Shown piece after piece: positions 14,131 to 27,524 of a DNA stretch of 64,000 nucleotides (positions are counted from its first letter, which is position 1; each line of letters begins with the position of its first letter). The DNA is from Felis catus (Eukaryota): positions 122,514,001-122,578,000 of the forward strand of contig NC_058368.1 of the NCBI RefSeq assembly GCF_018350175.1, read 5' to 3'. The position numbers and the translations under genes are program-made. The notes beneath the pieces are model-generated. The model was not told the DNA's origin. It worked only from the letters and a program-made list of their open reading frames with translations, and made no database searches.

Positions 14131-15082
14131 TATTCTCTTAGCACAATGGCCTATTTATCCCTCAGAGTTCTCTGCTACTTCTCTGAGATGCCTGTGGCTT
14201 GTCACCCAGGGGAGTATCTGACATGACAACTATGAGGTACTGATAAGGGAAAGGGAAAATAAAGCCCATTCCATCCGGGGGCGGGGGCGGGGGTGGGGGG
14301 CAGACTGTGGGGTCAGGGTCATTGTCTCCTGAACTGCATGGAGACCTAAGACTTGCAGGAAGGATGCATTCACGCGTGGGAGATGAATGTACGAGGGAAT
14401 GAGGTCTGCCTAGTTCTGCTACCACAAGCTCTTCCCATTAGGGTCAGTCCTGGGCCTCGTGACGTCAACATTCTGTCCACAGGATTTGGCTTGGGACTTG
14501 AGTACCTGGGTAGGTCAGCCCCGGTGCAGGCCCCATGTAACACCGGTTTCCTTTGTCCAGAGGCAACACCTTACTACCAGAGGCTCGGGTCAGCTGTGTA
14601 TAGCTTTTGACAAGTAAAATCCCCATTCCTATGAACGTTTGCGTCTCCAGAACGGGCACTGATGTTTGGAGCACTTTCTAGGTGCCAGGCACTGAACTGA
14701 GATTTTGGCATCTCATTTAATCTCTCGCCTCTAGAAAGATCTCCTGCTTATTATTCTGACCTTGCTGATGAGGATTTCTCAAGTTCAGGCAGCTGACTCG
14801 TTCAAGGTCAGAACAAGTGGTAAAGGCAGGTTTTGAACCCAGACAGCATGGCTCCAGAGCTAATAATTACCACCATTGCTTGTTTACTTGACTCGTTATT
14901 ATTTTTTCAACACGTTTTGTTGAGTGACTCTGCATGCCACGTTCAATATGACACTAGAAATGTAGCGGTGAGCAAGCCACTCTTGCTTTGTGCCTCATCC
15001 CTCACGAGTTAGGTGTGTTCCTGGAAGAGTATGGAGAAGGTCCACAGTGTGTCAAAGCGCTTAGAGAATGCATAACTAACTA

Positions 15083-15172
15083 GTCTACGGCCATACCACC
15101 CTGAATGCACCCGATCTCGTCTGATCTCGGAAGCTAAGCAGGGTCGGGCCTGGTTAGTACTTGGATGGGAGA
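15083..15172 (+). pseudogene. 5S rRNA retropseudogene, nt 1-90 only, no A-tail
   Basis: GTCTACGGCCATACCACCCTGAA...TTGGATGGGAGA matches mammalian 5S with two CpG-type changes. Flanked by the 15-bp direct repeat gagaatgcataacta (15064-15078, 15169-15183). Confidence 0.95.
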
Positions 15173-15806
15173 ATGCATAACTAGGGGGTCACCAATGGGG
15201 GCCAAAATTGACTGTAGCTTTGCTTTGTTGTTGAAAGAGTCCTTTCAAACAACCATGTTACTAAGTGTGAGTTTCACACCTAATGAAAAACCTTACATCG
15301 TCCAGAATGTCAGCCCCCTCTCTCCCGCTCCCTCATCACCTGTAATAGCAGGCTGTAAATGCCGTCCTTGTGTCTTGTAACGACTCTGAGATGCAGAGGT
15401 AATCCGACGTATGGTGCACCAAATTCTAAGTGCGTTTGCAGAAGTAATACAAATAAAGATCCTTTAGTACCAACCTTCCAAATCAAGACAACAAATACCA
15501 TCTTCTCGGCCGTTTGAATTTTAGCATCATCTGAACATTTGAGGCCTTATGGGATCCAATTTTTAATAGGTATATGATATAAACAAGAGCAGAATTTGCC
15601 CATCAAGGTCTGTGCTTGCCCGTATGTGGGTTGATGAATTAGTCTACTGAGACTAGGAAATTAGACATTTTTGCCTGCTGTGAGCAATCGAGCAGTGGAT
15701 GATAAACATCCAAACAGTGTTTATTCCTTTATTTACCCTGGTAATGTGCCTTAGGAGGAACATGTTGGGAAAAGGGATCTGTTAATGGATCAGGGAATAA
15801 AACTGA

Positions 15807-16148
<342 letters not shown>

Positions 16149-16530
16149 TAATATGGATATTATAAACTGCCAGGGAGGGAAAATCAGTGCACCTCACTAA
16201 ATAGCTTGTGTAAATATATTTGTTTGTTTAAAGAAAATCATTTGGTGTGACAGTACAGGACTCTAACATAGACATGCTTCCCTAAGGCAAGTGTGAATTA
16301 TTAACACAACACAATTCATGCCCTGTCTTGTTGGTTCCTCTCTGTCATCAGGCCCCTGGGTTCTGAGTTCAGTGGAAAATGAGAGTGTTTCCTTTTAAAG
16401 AAGACTTTCCTTAAACTAAGAAAATGCCTAGAGAGAATTTTGCCAAGAGAATATTTTTTCCCTCCCTCCCATATCATATTACCTCTGTGGTACTTCCCTG
16501 TGATGTGCTGTATTAACGCTGTCAGATTCA

Positions 16531-16665
16531 CTTTTCTTTTCTTTTCTTTTCTTTTCTTTTCTTTTCTTTTCTTTTCTTTTCTTTTCTCTTCTCTTCTCTT
16601 TTCTTTTTTCTTTTCTTTTCTCTTCTCTTTTCTTTTCTTTCTTTCTTCCTTTCTTCCTTTCTTTT
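16531..16665. repeat. (CTTTT)n pyrimidine repeat (another at about 5601-5660)
   Basis: Direct reading. Confidence 0.95.
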
Positions 16666-18630
16666 GTTTTGGAAAGTTGAAGGAAAGTTACTATTAGATT
16701 GTTGAATTTAAATCCACTCTGTCAAGTATTGCTCTGGTGAGTTTTTCAAGGCCTATCTATTTTTATGTTTTCATCTCTTCTATATTATTAGATTACAAAT
16801 TCATGAAAGGTGAAACATGTACCTTATACAGTTTAGTATTATTCCCAGTATTTAACTTTAGATGATACATAACAAGTGTGTATTGAATGAATGGGGGAAT
16901 AAGCCACTACATATCAATCTTGCCGCATTCTCAGAAAGAATCGCCATGTAGGCTACAGGTAATTATGTTTCAAAATGCAGCTAATCACATTTAATTGCAA
17001 CCATCAACACAACTAAGCCACAGAGGAAGGGTGCTAAACAATGATTTGTCTACATTTACAAATTCTCACTTACAGAAAGACACATGCCTCAAAGATATGC
17101 TTGACATCTCCGTGGTTTCTGAACTTCATTGCAGTCTTGGTGAATGGGTGGGTCTCTTAACTATTAACCTGCTTGGTCTGCCTTTTCTGCCTTTGTGTTA
17201 TCCTTGTTAGGTTCTGATGGGTGCACACACAGTTTTACACTGATTGTACATCCTTAGCTGCAACTAACTCTATTGCTTTTGTACTCCTGAAATATGACTA
17301 TAATCACACCTCATTTTCTCCCATGTAATGTTTTACCGTTGCCACCTTATGCATTCTTCATATTCTTGCTTTTATATGCTGCCAAAGAATTATTTCATAT
17401 ATCCTGTCATTGCATACTGTATTACTTTATAGTATATGTTCCATTGATTTAGGGGTGTTCAGTCAATATAAATATTTACAGGTTTTGTAAATAGACTATA
17501 GGCTTCACCAATGTAGAAATAATGTGTCTTATTCTTCATTGAATCCCCAGTGCCCAACAGAGGTGCTGGAACATCATGAGCATTCAATACATATTTGGAA
17601 AATGAATAAATATACAATTCTGGTAGCTGATGAATTAACATGGATTTTAAATTTTTGAACTAGAAAAATAAGTTATTTTTTAGGCAAAGATGATGATTGA
17701 CTATTTTTAATAAGTGGACAGACCATGAGGATGTTTTTTAATACTAGCTTCAGTCACATGGCCTTCTAAAGTAAATGGAAAAAAAGCCCACTTAAACCAG
17801 TTAGTTGCCTGTGGCGTTCATCAGTTAATGTATTCATTTATCAAATCATGTTATGTTTCTAGCTGTCTGAGAAACAGTAAGTTTAGAAGCAGAAATGAAG
17901 AAAATTAGAAAAAAGAAAAGATGTATGTGCACATGCATAGAATCCTGGAAGCTGAAGTGTGCCGAACGTGTCCCAGCTCTTAATGGTGTACATGGAATGA
18001 GTCACACGTAGTGACCCACATTGCCCTTGGCTAGCAAACAGCCAATAAGCATTGAGTATGGTGACCAGGTACCTAGCATTTCTTTTCTGACATTGAGTTC
18101 CATGGGTTATTTCCACTGTATTGTTACCAAGACAAATGAATTACCTATAGTCCTTTATCCAGCCTTGTGGGAAGAAAATACATACGACTGTGTATGTTTA
18201 GACCTTGGATAAAAGAAATAAAGTCTGGCCAGTCTCCTTTTTAGAGGTCAACTCCTAGCAGTCTGTGGTTCCCCAAGTAACTTGACGTTGATATACCATG
18301 TGCAGAGTTAAGCCTTTCTTCACATCACCTCTATCCATGACTCACCTTGCTGTTCACTATTGACATTGGTATCCACCCTTGTTACCCCATGTTCAAGAGT
18401 GATGAAAATCTCTCTCCTGCATTGTGTGTGATATGTGTTAGCTGCTTTGTGGAGAATTTTACCCATGTTTTGTGATTCAGTTTTTCCAACAATCTCACGT
18501 GGAGGTTTATTTTACAGATAAAGGAGCTTCATCTTACAGACGAAGGAATTGAAACTCCAATCGAGTGCCTTAATTTAGCACTCAATTCCTTTTTGCCTTC
18601 AAAGCTCAAACACTGAATTACATTACCTTT

Positions 18631-19019
18631 TTTTTTCTGCCAAGTTTTTATTTAAATTCCAGTTAGTTAACATACAGCATAATATTAGCTTCGGGTATAG
18701 AATTTAGTGAATCACCACTTGTGTACAACACCCAGTGCTCATCACGAGTGCACTCCTTAACATCCATCACGTATTTAACCCATCTCCCCACCCACCTGTC
18801 CTCCAGTAACCACCAATTTGTTTTCTGTAGTTGAGAGTTTGTTGCCATTCTTTTTTTACCCATTATCTTCATTTGTTTTGTTTCTTAAATTCCACATGAA
18901 TGAAATCATATGGTATTTGTCTTTCTCTGACTTATTTCACTTAGCATGATACTCTCTGGCTCCATCCAAATCTTTGCAAATGGCATGATTTCATTCTTTT
19001 TGATGGCTGAGTAATATTC

Positions 19020-19072
<53 letters not shown>

Positions 19073-19495
19073 TGTGTATACTACTTCTTTAGCCATTCAT
19101 CAGTCTGTGGACATTTGGGCTGTTTCCATAATTTGGCTATTGTTGATAATGCTGCTATAAATATGTGGATGCATGAATCCCTCCCAATTAGTATTTTTGT
19201 ATCTTTGGGGTAAATACCTAATAGTGCTATTGCTGAGTCATAGGGTAGTTCTATTTTTAACTTTTTGAGGAACCTTCATACTGTTTTCCAGAGTGGCTGC
19301 CCCAGTTTCCACTCCCAGCAAAAGTGTAAGAGGGTTCCCCTTTCTCTGCATCCTTGCCAACACCTGTTGTTTCCTGTGTTGTTAATTTTAGCCATTTTAA
19401 CTGGTGTGAAGGTATATCTCATTGCAGTTTTGATTTGTGTTTCCCTGATCATGAGTGATATGGAGTATCTTTTCATGTGTCTGTTAGCCATCTAT
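18631..19495 (-). mobile_element. 5'-truncated carnivore L1 with internal (TG)n
   Basis: ORF 19276..19491 is the ORF2 C-terminus. Poly-T at 18628-18636 and a flanking TSD are present. Confidence 0.9.
19023..19077. repeat. (TG)n microsatellite within L1
   Basis: Direct reading. Confidence 0.97.
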
Positions 19496-19505
19496 AATTA
19501 TGTTA

Positions 19506-19708
19506 CTTTTTTTGAGAGAGAGAGAAAGAAAGAGCACACGAGCAAGGGGAGGGGCAGACAGGGGGAAAGAGAGACAGAATCTTTCTTAAGCAGGCTCCAT
19601 AGCTCTGTGCAGAGCCCAATGTGGGGCTCGCTCCTACAACCCTGGGATCATGACCTAAGCCGAAATGAAGGGTCGGATGCTCAACTGACTGAGTCACCTA
19701 GGCACCCC
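19506..19708 (-). mobile_element. Can-SINE abutting the L1 5' end
   Basis: Reverse SINE head ggggtgcctaggtgactcagtcag. Confidence 0.88.
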
Positions 19709-20681
19709 CTCCCCATTACATTACCTTTAAATACTGATTCATAACAGGAAAAAAATAAACTTCTATTTCTTCCAATTTGTTTCACAGGCCCACAATCACT
19801 TATTAAGTATCTTGAAAGGGCCAGGCACTTGATAAATAGACATGTCCATATTAACTGTCCCGTTGTTGGTTAATCTAATATGGCAATTTTGTCCATTCAA
19901 CAAACATGTAATGAGCACCTGTTAGGTCCAATGGACACACATATGAGTATGGGATAATCTCTGGCCCTAAGCAGCTCACAGTTCGCATAAAAGATAAAAT
20001 CCCACAAATCTAGTTTATGAAATAGAGAAATTAATATAGGTAAAGACTGCCCTCTAGTGGACAGCCTTGAAAAATATGACAAAGCCACTGTTGATTTCTT
20101 TTCCCCCAAGTTAAATGTATAGAAGAACTTGGTTCTCTCAGAAGTGAAGGTACTTTGCCTTATCATAAAATTCCCTACCCCTCTCCATGGAACTAGCAAC
20201 TTAGAGCATTATGGACGGAGGATGAAGCTCTGTGGGTAACATTCTATCTTGAACTTATTGATTCAAACAAGTGCAAGGAGATGCAGAGTAAAATGCTGGA
20301 TCTCCTTATAATCAACATGTAAGGGACAATTTTTTTTAAGTTCCATTTACTGAACACTTGTCCCATGTTTTATGTAAATACTTGTATAAGTTACCTTACA
20401 AAACAGTCCCAAATTGGTATCTCAGAGGTGGATTTAGCGTATAGAAATGTTTCATTTGGCCCAATGGACTTAGCTACTTTTAAAAATTCTGAGATTTCAC
20501 AAGAAACTATAGATTTCTGGTGTCTTTTTTTTTTTTAAGAGAGCTGGCAACAGATCACATTTGCATATGAAAACAACAATCAGCTGGAAGGGATTAGAAA
20601 ATGATACTGAGATTTTAGTCCTTGAAAATTTAGCTCAGAAACATTTGCAAAGCAACGTTTTTTCTTTCCCTATAAAAATGA

Positions 20682-20843
<162 letters not shown>

Positions 20844-20994
20844 TGACAAAAGGAAGTGGTAAAAAGAAGCATGCTTTCTGGTTGGAGGGAAGAAGTCAGT
20901 CTGCAATACTGGAGGCGGTCATGACAATGTACATTTCTAGAGTGGGCTTTGCACCGAACAGCTTTCAAACACACGGTTTCATGAAGGCAACACA

Positions 20995-22190
20995 GGTGTC
21001 CTCTTGCTCAGCCATCTCAAACTCAACTATGTCCAAGATGAAGTCCCTGACCTCTGTCTCCTGGACTTTGTGTGATGTTTCCTTTCTCGGTGACTGGCCT
21101 CTGCATCCATCCAGTTATGGAAGCCAGAAACGAGAAATGGTCCTTCTCATCTCCCCCGTTTCCAATTCATCGCTAAGTTCTGTAATCTGATTTCGTAAAT
21201 ATCTCTTGAATCTGTCACTTCTCTTTATCTCTACTGCTATCCCCCCAGTCCTACTGCCATCACGTCCTGCCTTATAACTGGTTTGTCCTGTACACTTTTG
21301 CACACTCCAGTCTGTTCTCCCCACTGCCCCATAACGATCTGTTCAAAGCAAAATTAATTGTCTTCTCATTGTTCTCAGAAAAAAGATCAGAATTGTTGGT
21401 ATGGTATAAAGGTTCTAAAGCCTTTAAGCCACTCAAGCCTTATTTTGGACTTTTATTCCCCTTTTGACTACACATAAACTGCTTCAGCCTTCTTTTTCTC
21501 TTCTCCTTTTTCTCCCCCTCCTCACCAGCATCTGCCAATTTCTCACCACCAGACCTTTGCATTTGCTAGTCCCTCTGCCTGGAACAGTGCTCCCATCCCC
21601 AGGACTACCAGCTCCCTCCTTTATAAAAATCAGTGCTACTCACTGGGATTCATTGACTGGTTCAAGCTCATGCATTGCTTCCTACTGGTCCACAGGAAGT
21701 CCAGAAATTGAGAGAAGCCTTTAGAGATTGTTGTATCAGTTTGATACTGCTGATGCCTCTGAGTACATGGTCAGTGGACTCATCTCGTTGAACAGGGTGT
21801 AACACAAGTCACAACTTGTGCATGGTGTAACTCTGCATATTAGCCGTGCACAGTAAGACCATGTATGGATCTCACTGGACTGGAAATTAAAACAAACAGA
21901 AATAATTGGCCCTTCTATACAGTTTAAGAAGCACAGCTTTAGACTTCAGCTTAAATATCACTTCCTCAAGCAGCTTTCCTCTGTTATAAGCTCACATAGC
22001 ATTGTCTTTCCTTCATATCATTGTTTTTAATTTGAAACTATGCATTGCATGTGTGTGATTCTTGGGTTAATGATTATTGTCCTCTAAGCCACATGAGAAG
22101 GCAGCATGTCGGGCTTCTTCACCATGTTATCCTCGGCATCTAGCACAGAGTCTGACAGGTGGGAAAATCTGGTACTTGAATAAATGAGGT
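20995..22190 (+). mobile_element. L2 fragments (interrupted)
   Basis: catctcaaactcaac...cctttgcatttgctagtccctctgcctggaa...tagcacagagtctgaca...tgaataaatga. Confidence 0.65.
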
Positions 22191-23034
22191 CCGTAGTGTC
22201 CGTCAGATTTTCCATGTTCACGGAAAAGATTAGTAGCAATTGTAGCAGCAGCTAAGTCGTATGTATTGAATGATTATATGGAACAAAGAATGAGGAGCCC
22301 CAGAGGATGCGCTTGGTTTTCTTCAAAGAGGGAAAATTACACAAGTCATGGCCAGTTAAGGACAAGAGCTTTGAGGGCCGAAGATTCATACTTGTACTTC
22401 TTGTCTTTGGGGTCAACTTCCCTGTTTTGGAATAGGGATATTGATAATGTCAAGAATAGTGGGGGCATTTTCCATTATCAGATTTTCCTCAGTTCCAAGA
22501 GAGCCCTCCTCACCCCACAATTACACCCTGATGATCCACAGCTATAGTCTCCAGGAATGTTCTCAAGGAGAACTGACATTTCCCATTTGGGCACAGGACT
22601 GATGTGATACTGGCTCTAAGTGGTTATGTGAGGGGAAAATCTTTAATCCCTGTTAGTAAAACCCAAAATTGTAAACAGTAACCTTGGTTGCATCTTTGTC
22701 ACACCCAGTATATTTTTATTAAGTATTAATATTAACAGTTGCTATAATATTAATAGCAATAATAATCGCTACTAATTATTAATAATTATTAATTATTTGA
22801 TGATGAATTAGCAATATGAACATTTAAAACTTTTAGTAGGAAATGAATTTCATTTATAGAAATGCATGAGCATTCACCACCTAATAAGAACAGACCTTCT
22901 CTTAGGTACTTTGTGTACATGGTTCATTTAATCCTAGCTACAACCTTATGAAATAGACAATTATCCCCTTCAATATACACTAAATGAAGATTGAGAGGAC
23001 AAACTTGACCATAGTTAATAAAGTAGGGGAGTCA

Positions 23035-23251
23035 GGGGCACCTGGGTGGCTCAGTCAGTTGAACTCCCGACTTGGGCTCAGGTCATGAACTCACAGTTTG
23101 TGGGTTCGAGCCCCACGTCGGGCTCTGTGCTGACAGCTTGGAGCCTGCTTCAGATTCTGTGTCTCCCTCTCTCTCTGCCCCTCCCCCACTCATGCTTTGT
23201 CTCTGTTTCTCAAAAATAAATAAATGTAAAAAAAATTTTTTTAAATAAATA
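23035..23251 (+). mobile_element. Can-SINE inserted in a MIR
   Basis: Perfect TSD aataaagtaggggagtca (23017-23034, 23252-23269). Confidence 0.93.
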
Positions 23252-23289
23252 AATAAAGTAGGGGAGTCAGGAATCAAAGGTATAATTGA

Positions 23290-23658
<369 letters not shown>

Positions 23659-25081
23659 TAACCAACCCATCACAACTCTCATTCAGTTACACACAGAGTC
23701 TCATTAGATAACCTCACTGGTGTCCGAAGACAGCCCCACTCCTGTCTTCCAGATGAGAAGATGGTAAATGGGCCACCAAAAGTTCATGTGGCTAGCAAGT
23801 GGCCAAGTGGGATTCTAACCCAGGTCTATCTGTGTCTGGAGTCCCAGCTCCTAACCATTTTTTGTAGCATGCTTCTACTGGAAGGAAGCTCTAGTCCTCC
23901 AAATAGTCATTCCCAGGAATTTTCTCGTTGAGGAAAGTGTTTTCTCTGATTTCAAAGATATAGAAATTTGTGTCCATGGAGTTCTGTGAGTCACAGCATT
24001 GAAAATGTTGGATTTATTTTTACCATTCACCCCTCTTCCTTAGGTGGTTCTCTGCCACAGAGCCATACTTGTAAGCACCAATAGCCAAAGGGAAATAATT
24101 CCCACTGGATGACTACCTGGCTGAGGGACATCTGTGGCCTTCTGCAGACTGCTGGTAAAGCTGGAGTCCAGAAGCTTCGGCCACAGGGCCCACATGAGGC
24201 CTCTAGCTTCCCCCTTCTAGTCTAATTCTACACATTCAGTATCAGGTAGATCAGCAGGATAATGAACTCCTAAAGGGGACAGTTGAGACAGTTCAGAGTT
24301 TTCTGTTCAGCCCAAGGGAGGCGCAAGCTGTGGGCTTGTGGGGGTGTGATCTTTCATGTGCAAATAGAGGCATGGATGGGTGGGTCGGCTGAAGGTGCAA
24401 GGTGGGCGACACGAGTGGGCAGTGTGGTGGAGTTCTGGGGCGAGGAGTTGCTACCTCATGGAACAAGAGGGTAGGTCTAGATCTCAATTGGCCACGGTGC
24501 AGAATCTGGTAGGGGCAGGTGTACCTTGGCTGATGGACGCATGACACCATGGAGATCTAGACCCATCTCCTGTTGCTTCCGTTCTTCCTCCTACACGCCA
24601 CACCACAGCAATTAGCCATTGATGCTGCCTCGGGAGGGGTTCTACATATGATTCTCTGACTTTATTGTCAATCTGAATCACCTGGGGAGGTTGTTAAAAA
24701 TGTACTTTCCTCAGCCTCATGTTCAGAAACGATGACTCTGGAGGTCTGGCTGGGGAAATGAGAAGTTGGGCAAACAACTCAGGTGATTCTGATCTATGTG
24801 ATCATTAGAACACACTGACAAGCCTAATTTACAAGCTCAAACTTTAGGAAGATAACTATTATTTGATCTCCTTTCTCACTCACTGAGGGCTCATGGGGAG
24901 TTTAGAAAATATACAAAATAGAAAATCAAAAAAGAGTATGAAAAACAATGCTGGCAATAAATTATCTGAAACCAAGGAGGAATCACAGCTCCTTATTCTT
25001 GGACGGCTCCATCAAAACTAGGTGTTATTCTTGCCATTTGTCGTGGTGTATTTGTAGACTGATACGGAATCAAAGGAGTGA

Positions 25082-25273
<192 letters not shown>

Positions 25274-27287
25274 TGATGGCCATGGTTTGTGGGAGAGCTT
25301 CTGGTGGGAGGTCCCCTCAACACGCCCCGTTTCTGCTTTGTGAATGCACAGAGTCACTGAGCCCCGGGCCTTCTGAAATGGCAGGCAGGGGCAGCTGTGG
25401 GGACCCAAGCCAAGCAGCGATGTTTCACTGCAGATTCTCTAGGTCTGTCATTAACTGTATTCGGTCATTGACCTCTTCAAACTCTCATTTCAAATTTTAC
25501 AATTTCCTGGGGAGCCTCCAAGCGGCCAAGCCTCAATGAGGTGACTCCTCCTAAAATTACAGGCAAGGGGCTGGTTCTAAAGTACACACGTGGCTGTTTG
25601 GGGCCCCCCTCCAACCTTAGAGGTGGTGCCTGTTCTTTGTCACAAGCAAAATTTCATTATATCCGGCCAAGCAGAAGTGAAGAGTGTCTATTCACAGAAA
25701 ATATTGAATTCTTATGGATGCTATGGCTGGATTTCAGGCTGTGTTAAAATTGTTTTGTGACTATATTATTTTCTGTTAGTTGGAGCTCAGATTTCAATGC
25801 AGTCACTTGCAGGGACTCAGGGAGAATTTGAGACTCACATGTGGTTCTGTGTATTATAATGATGGTGAAGTAGTAAACATTCCCTTTGCATCTAATGGTC
25901 ATCCATCTATCCATATACCCATCCATTCTTCCCCCTGTCTACCCACCACTCAGCTAATGGTCATCCATCCTTTCATCCATCCATTCATTTAGGCTGCTTT
26001 TGTTGAGTATATATTATCTGCCAGGCCCATTGCACTGAAGATTATATGAATGAGACAGAATCCCTGCATTCAATGACATCCCTGTCCTCGAAGGTAGCTC
26101 TGCAAACAAATAAATATTCTTAATGTCCTTAATGTCTCCAGTCATCCAGGGCCACTATATCCTGTAACAGCCAATCTACCAAAGTCCACATCCTTTCTGT
26201 TCACAGAATGGGCCTCTTGCCAAACGCCCACCTGCAAATATTTTCTGCAGCCCTCCAAGGAATGTTCAGCTCTGTCACAGATTCATCTTACTTGTTGCTT
26301 CGCCACACCTTCCTCCTAATGATCTGTTCTTCACATCATAACCAACTAGCTTCTCCAGACTTGCTCCTGCCTATGCACCTGTAGAGCTTGCCTGTACAGG
26401 CTTCTCTGTGAACAGGCCGCCAAATGTAGCCAAGACCAAGAGAACGTATCTATTACAAGTATTTTAAAGTTTCAGTGATGGCAGCAGTTTGTGAATAACC
26501 TTTGACCGTGCCTCACACGTTCTACCCGGTATGTCTACCTTTCCATCCATCCTTGTACTATGTCATTCTTGTCTTCGCTCAAAACCCTCTAACCACAAAG
26601 ATCCTATAGGTATCTGACCCTCAATAACTACTGGTTTTGTCCTTCTTTAGGACCCTTGCTCTTCCCTTTTCCTTCAATGCTCTACTCTCAGCTCTTCACA
26701 TAGGAGGTTTCTGAAGATAAGGTCCTTCACAACTGCTCTCTTTCTCAGCCCCTATTTCTAATCACTTCATGACATTAACGTAATTTATAAGTATTTATGT
26801 GTTTGTGTTTCTTTTTCTATCCCACTAAAATGAATTCTTCTTGTGGGAGAAGACCCGGTCTTACCCACCAGTGTCTTCATGGTAATGCCTTAAAAGAGTC
26901 TTAATACAGTATAGATTCAATAAATAAGAGCATCGGGATACTGGAAGGAAAGAAAACTTTATAACTGGACAGTGAAAATTAGGCACTGCTGTTCTTAGAG
27001 TTACAAGGTCATGCTACCCCACCAGACGTTCTTCCCGGAGCCACCTCTTCTCCTAGTTCTTCCCCACACCCAGCCCCTGGAAGCCTCTGTCCTGATGGGA
27101 AAGGCTATAAGCCACTTACCCACAGTACAGAGCTTAGCGTTTTCTAAAACCATGCAAAAGAAGGAAACTGTTTTCTCTTTCTTCCAGGCTTCACATCAAC
27201 CTCAAAATCATTTACCAAGAAGTGGCTTTGCCTATAACAAAAACAGGCCCTTCCATCTCTAATCAGAGAAGTGTACATCCTCTTGGT

Positions 27288-27505
27288 CTTTTTGTTTTGT
27301 TTTAACGTTTATTTATTTTGAGAGAGAGAAAGAGGGAGTGCGATCTGGGGAGGGGCAGAGAGAGAGGGGGAGAGAGAATCCCAAGCAGGCTCTGCGTGGT
27401 CTGCACAGAGCCCAACACAGGGCTTGAAGTCACAAACCTTGAGATCGTGACCTCAGCTAAAATCAAGAGTTAGGTCCTTAACAGACTGAGCCACCCAGGT
27501 GCCCC
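27288..27505 (-). mobile_element. Can-SINE
   Basis: Reverse head ggggcacctgggtggctcag, (GA)n tract, T-rich tail on +. Confidence 0.9.
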
Positions 27506-27524
27506 TTCATTTTCTTTTGTTTTT

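Noticed and set aside
15083..15172. Functional 5S rRNA gene
   Set aside because: Lacks the last ~30 nt and the oligo-T terminator, is a solitary copy and is flanked by a TSD.
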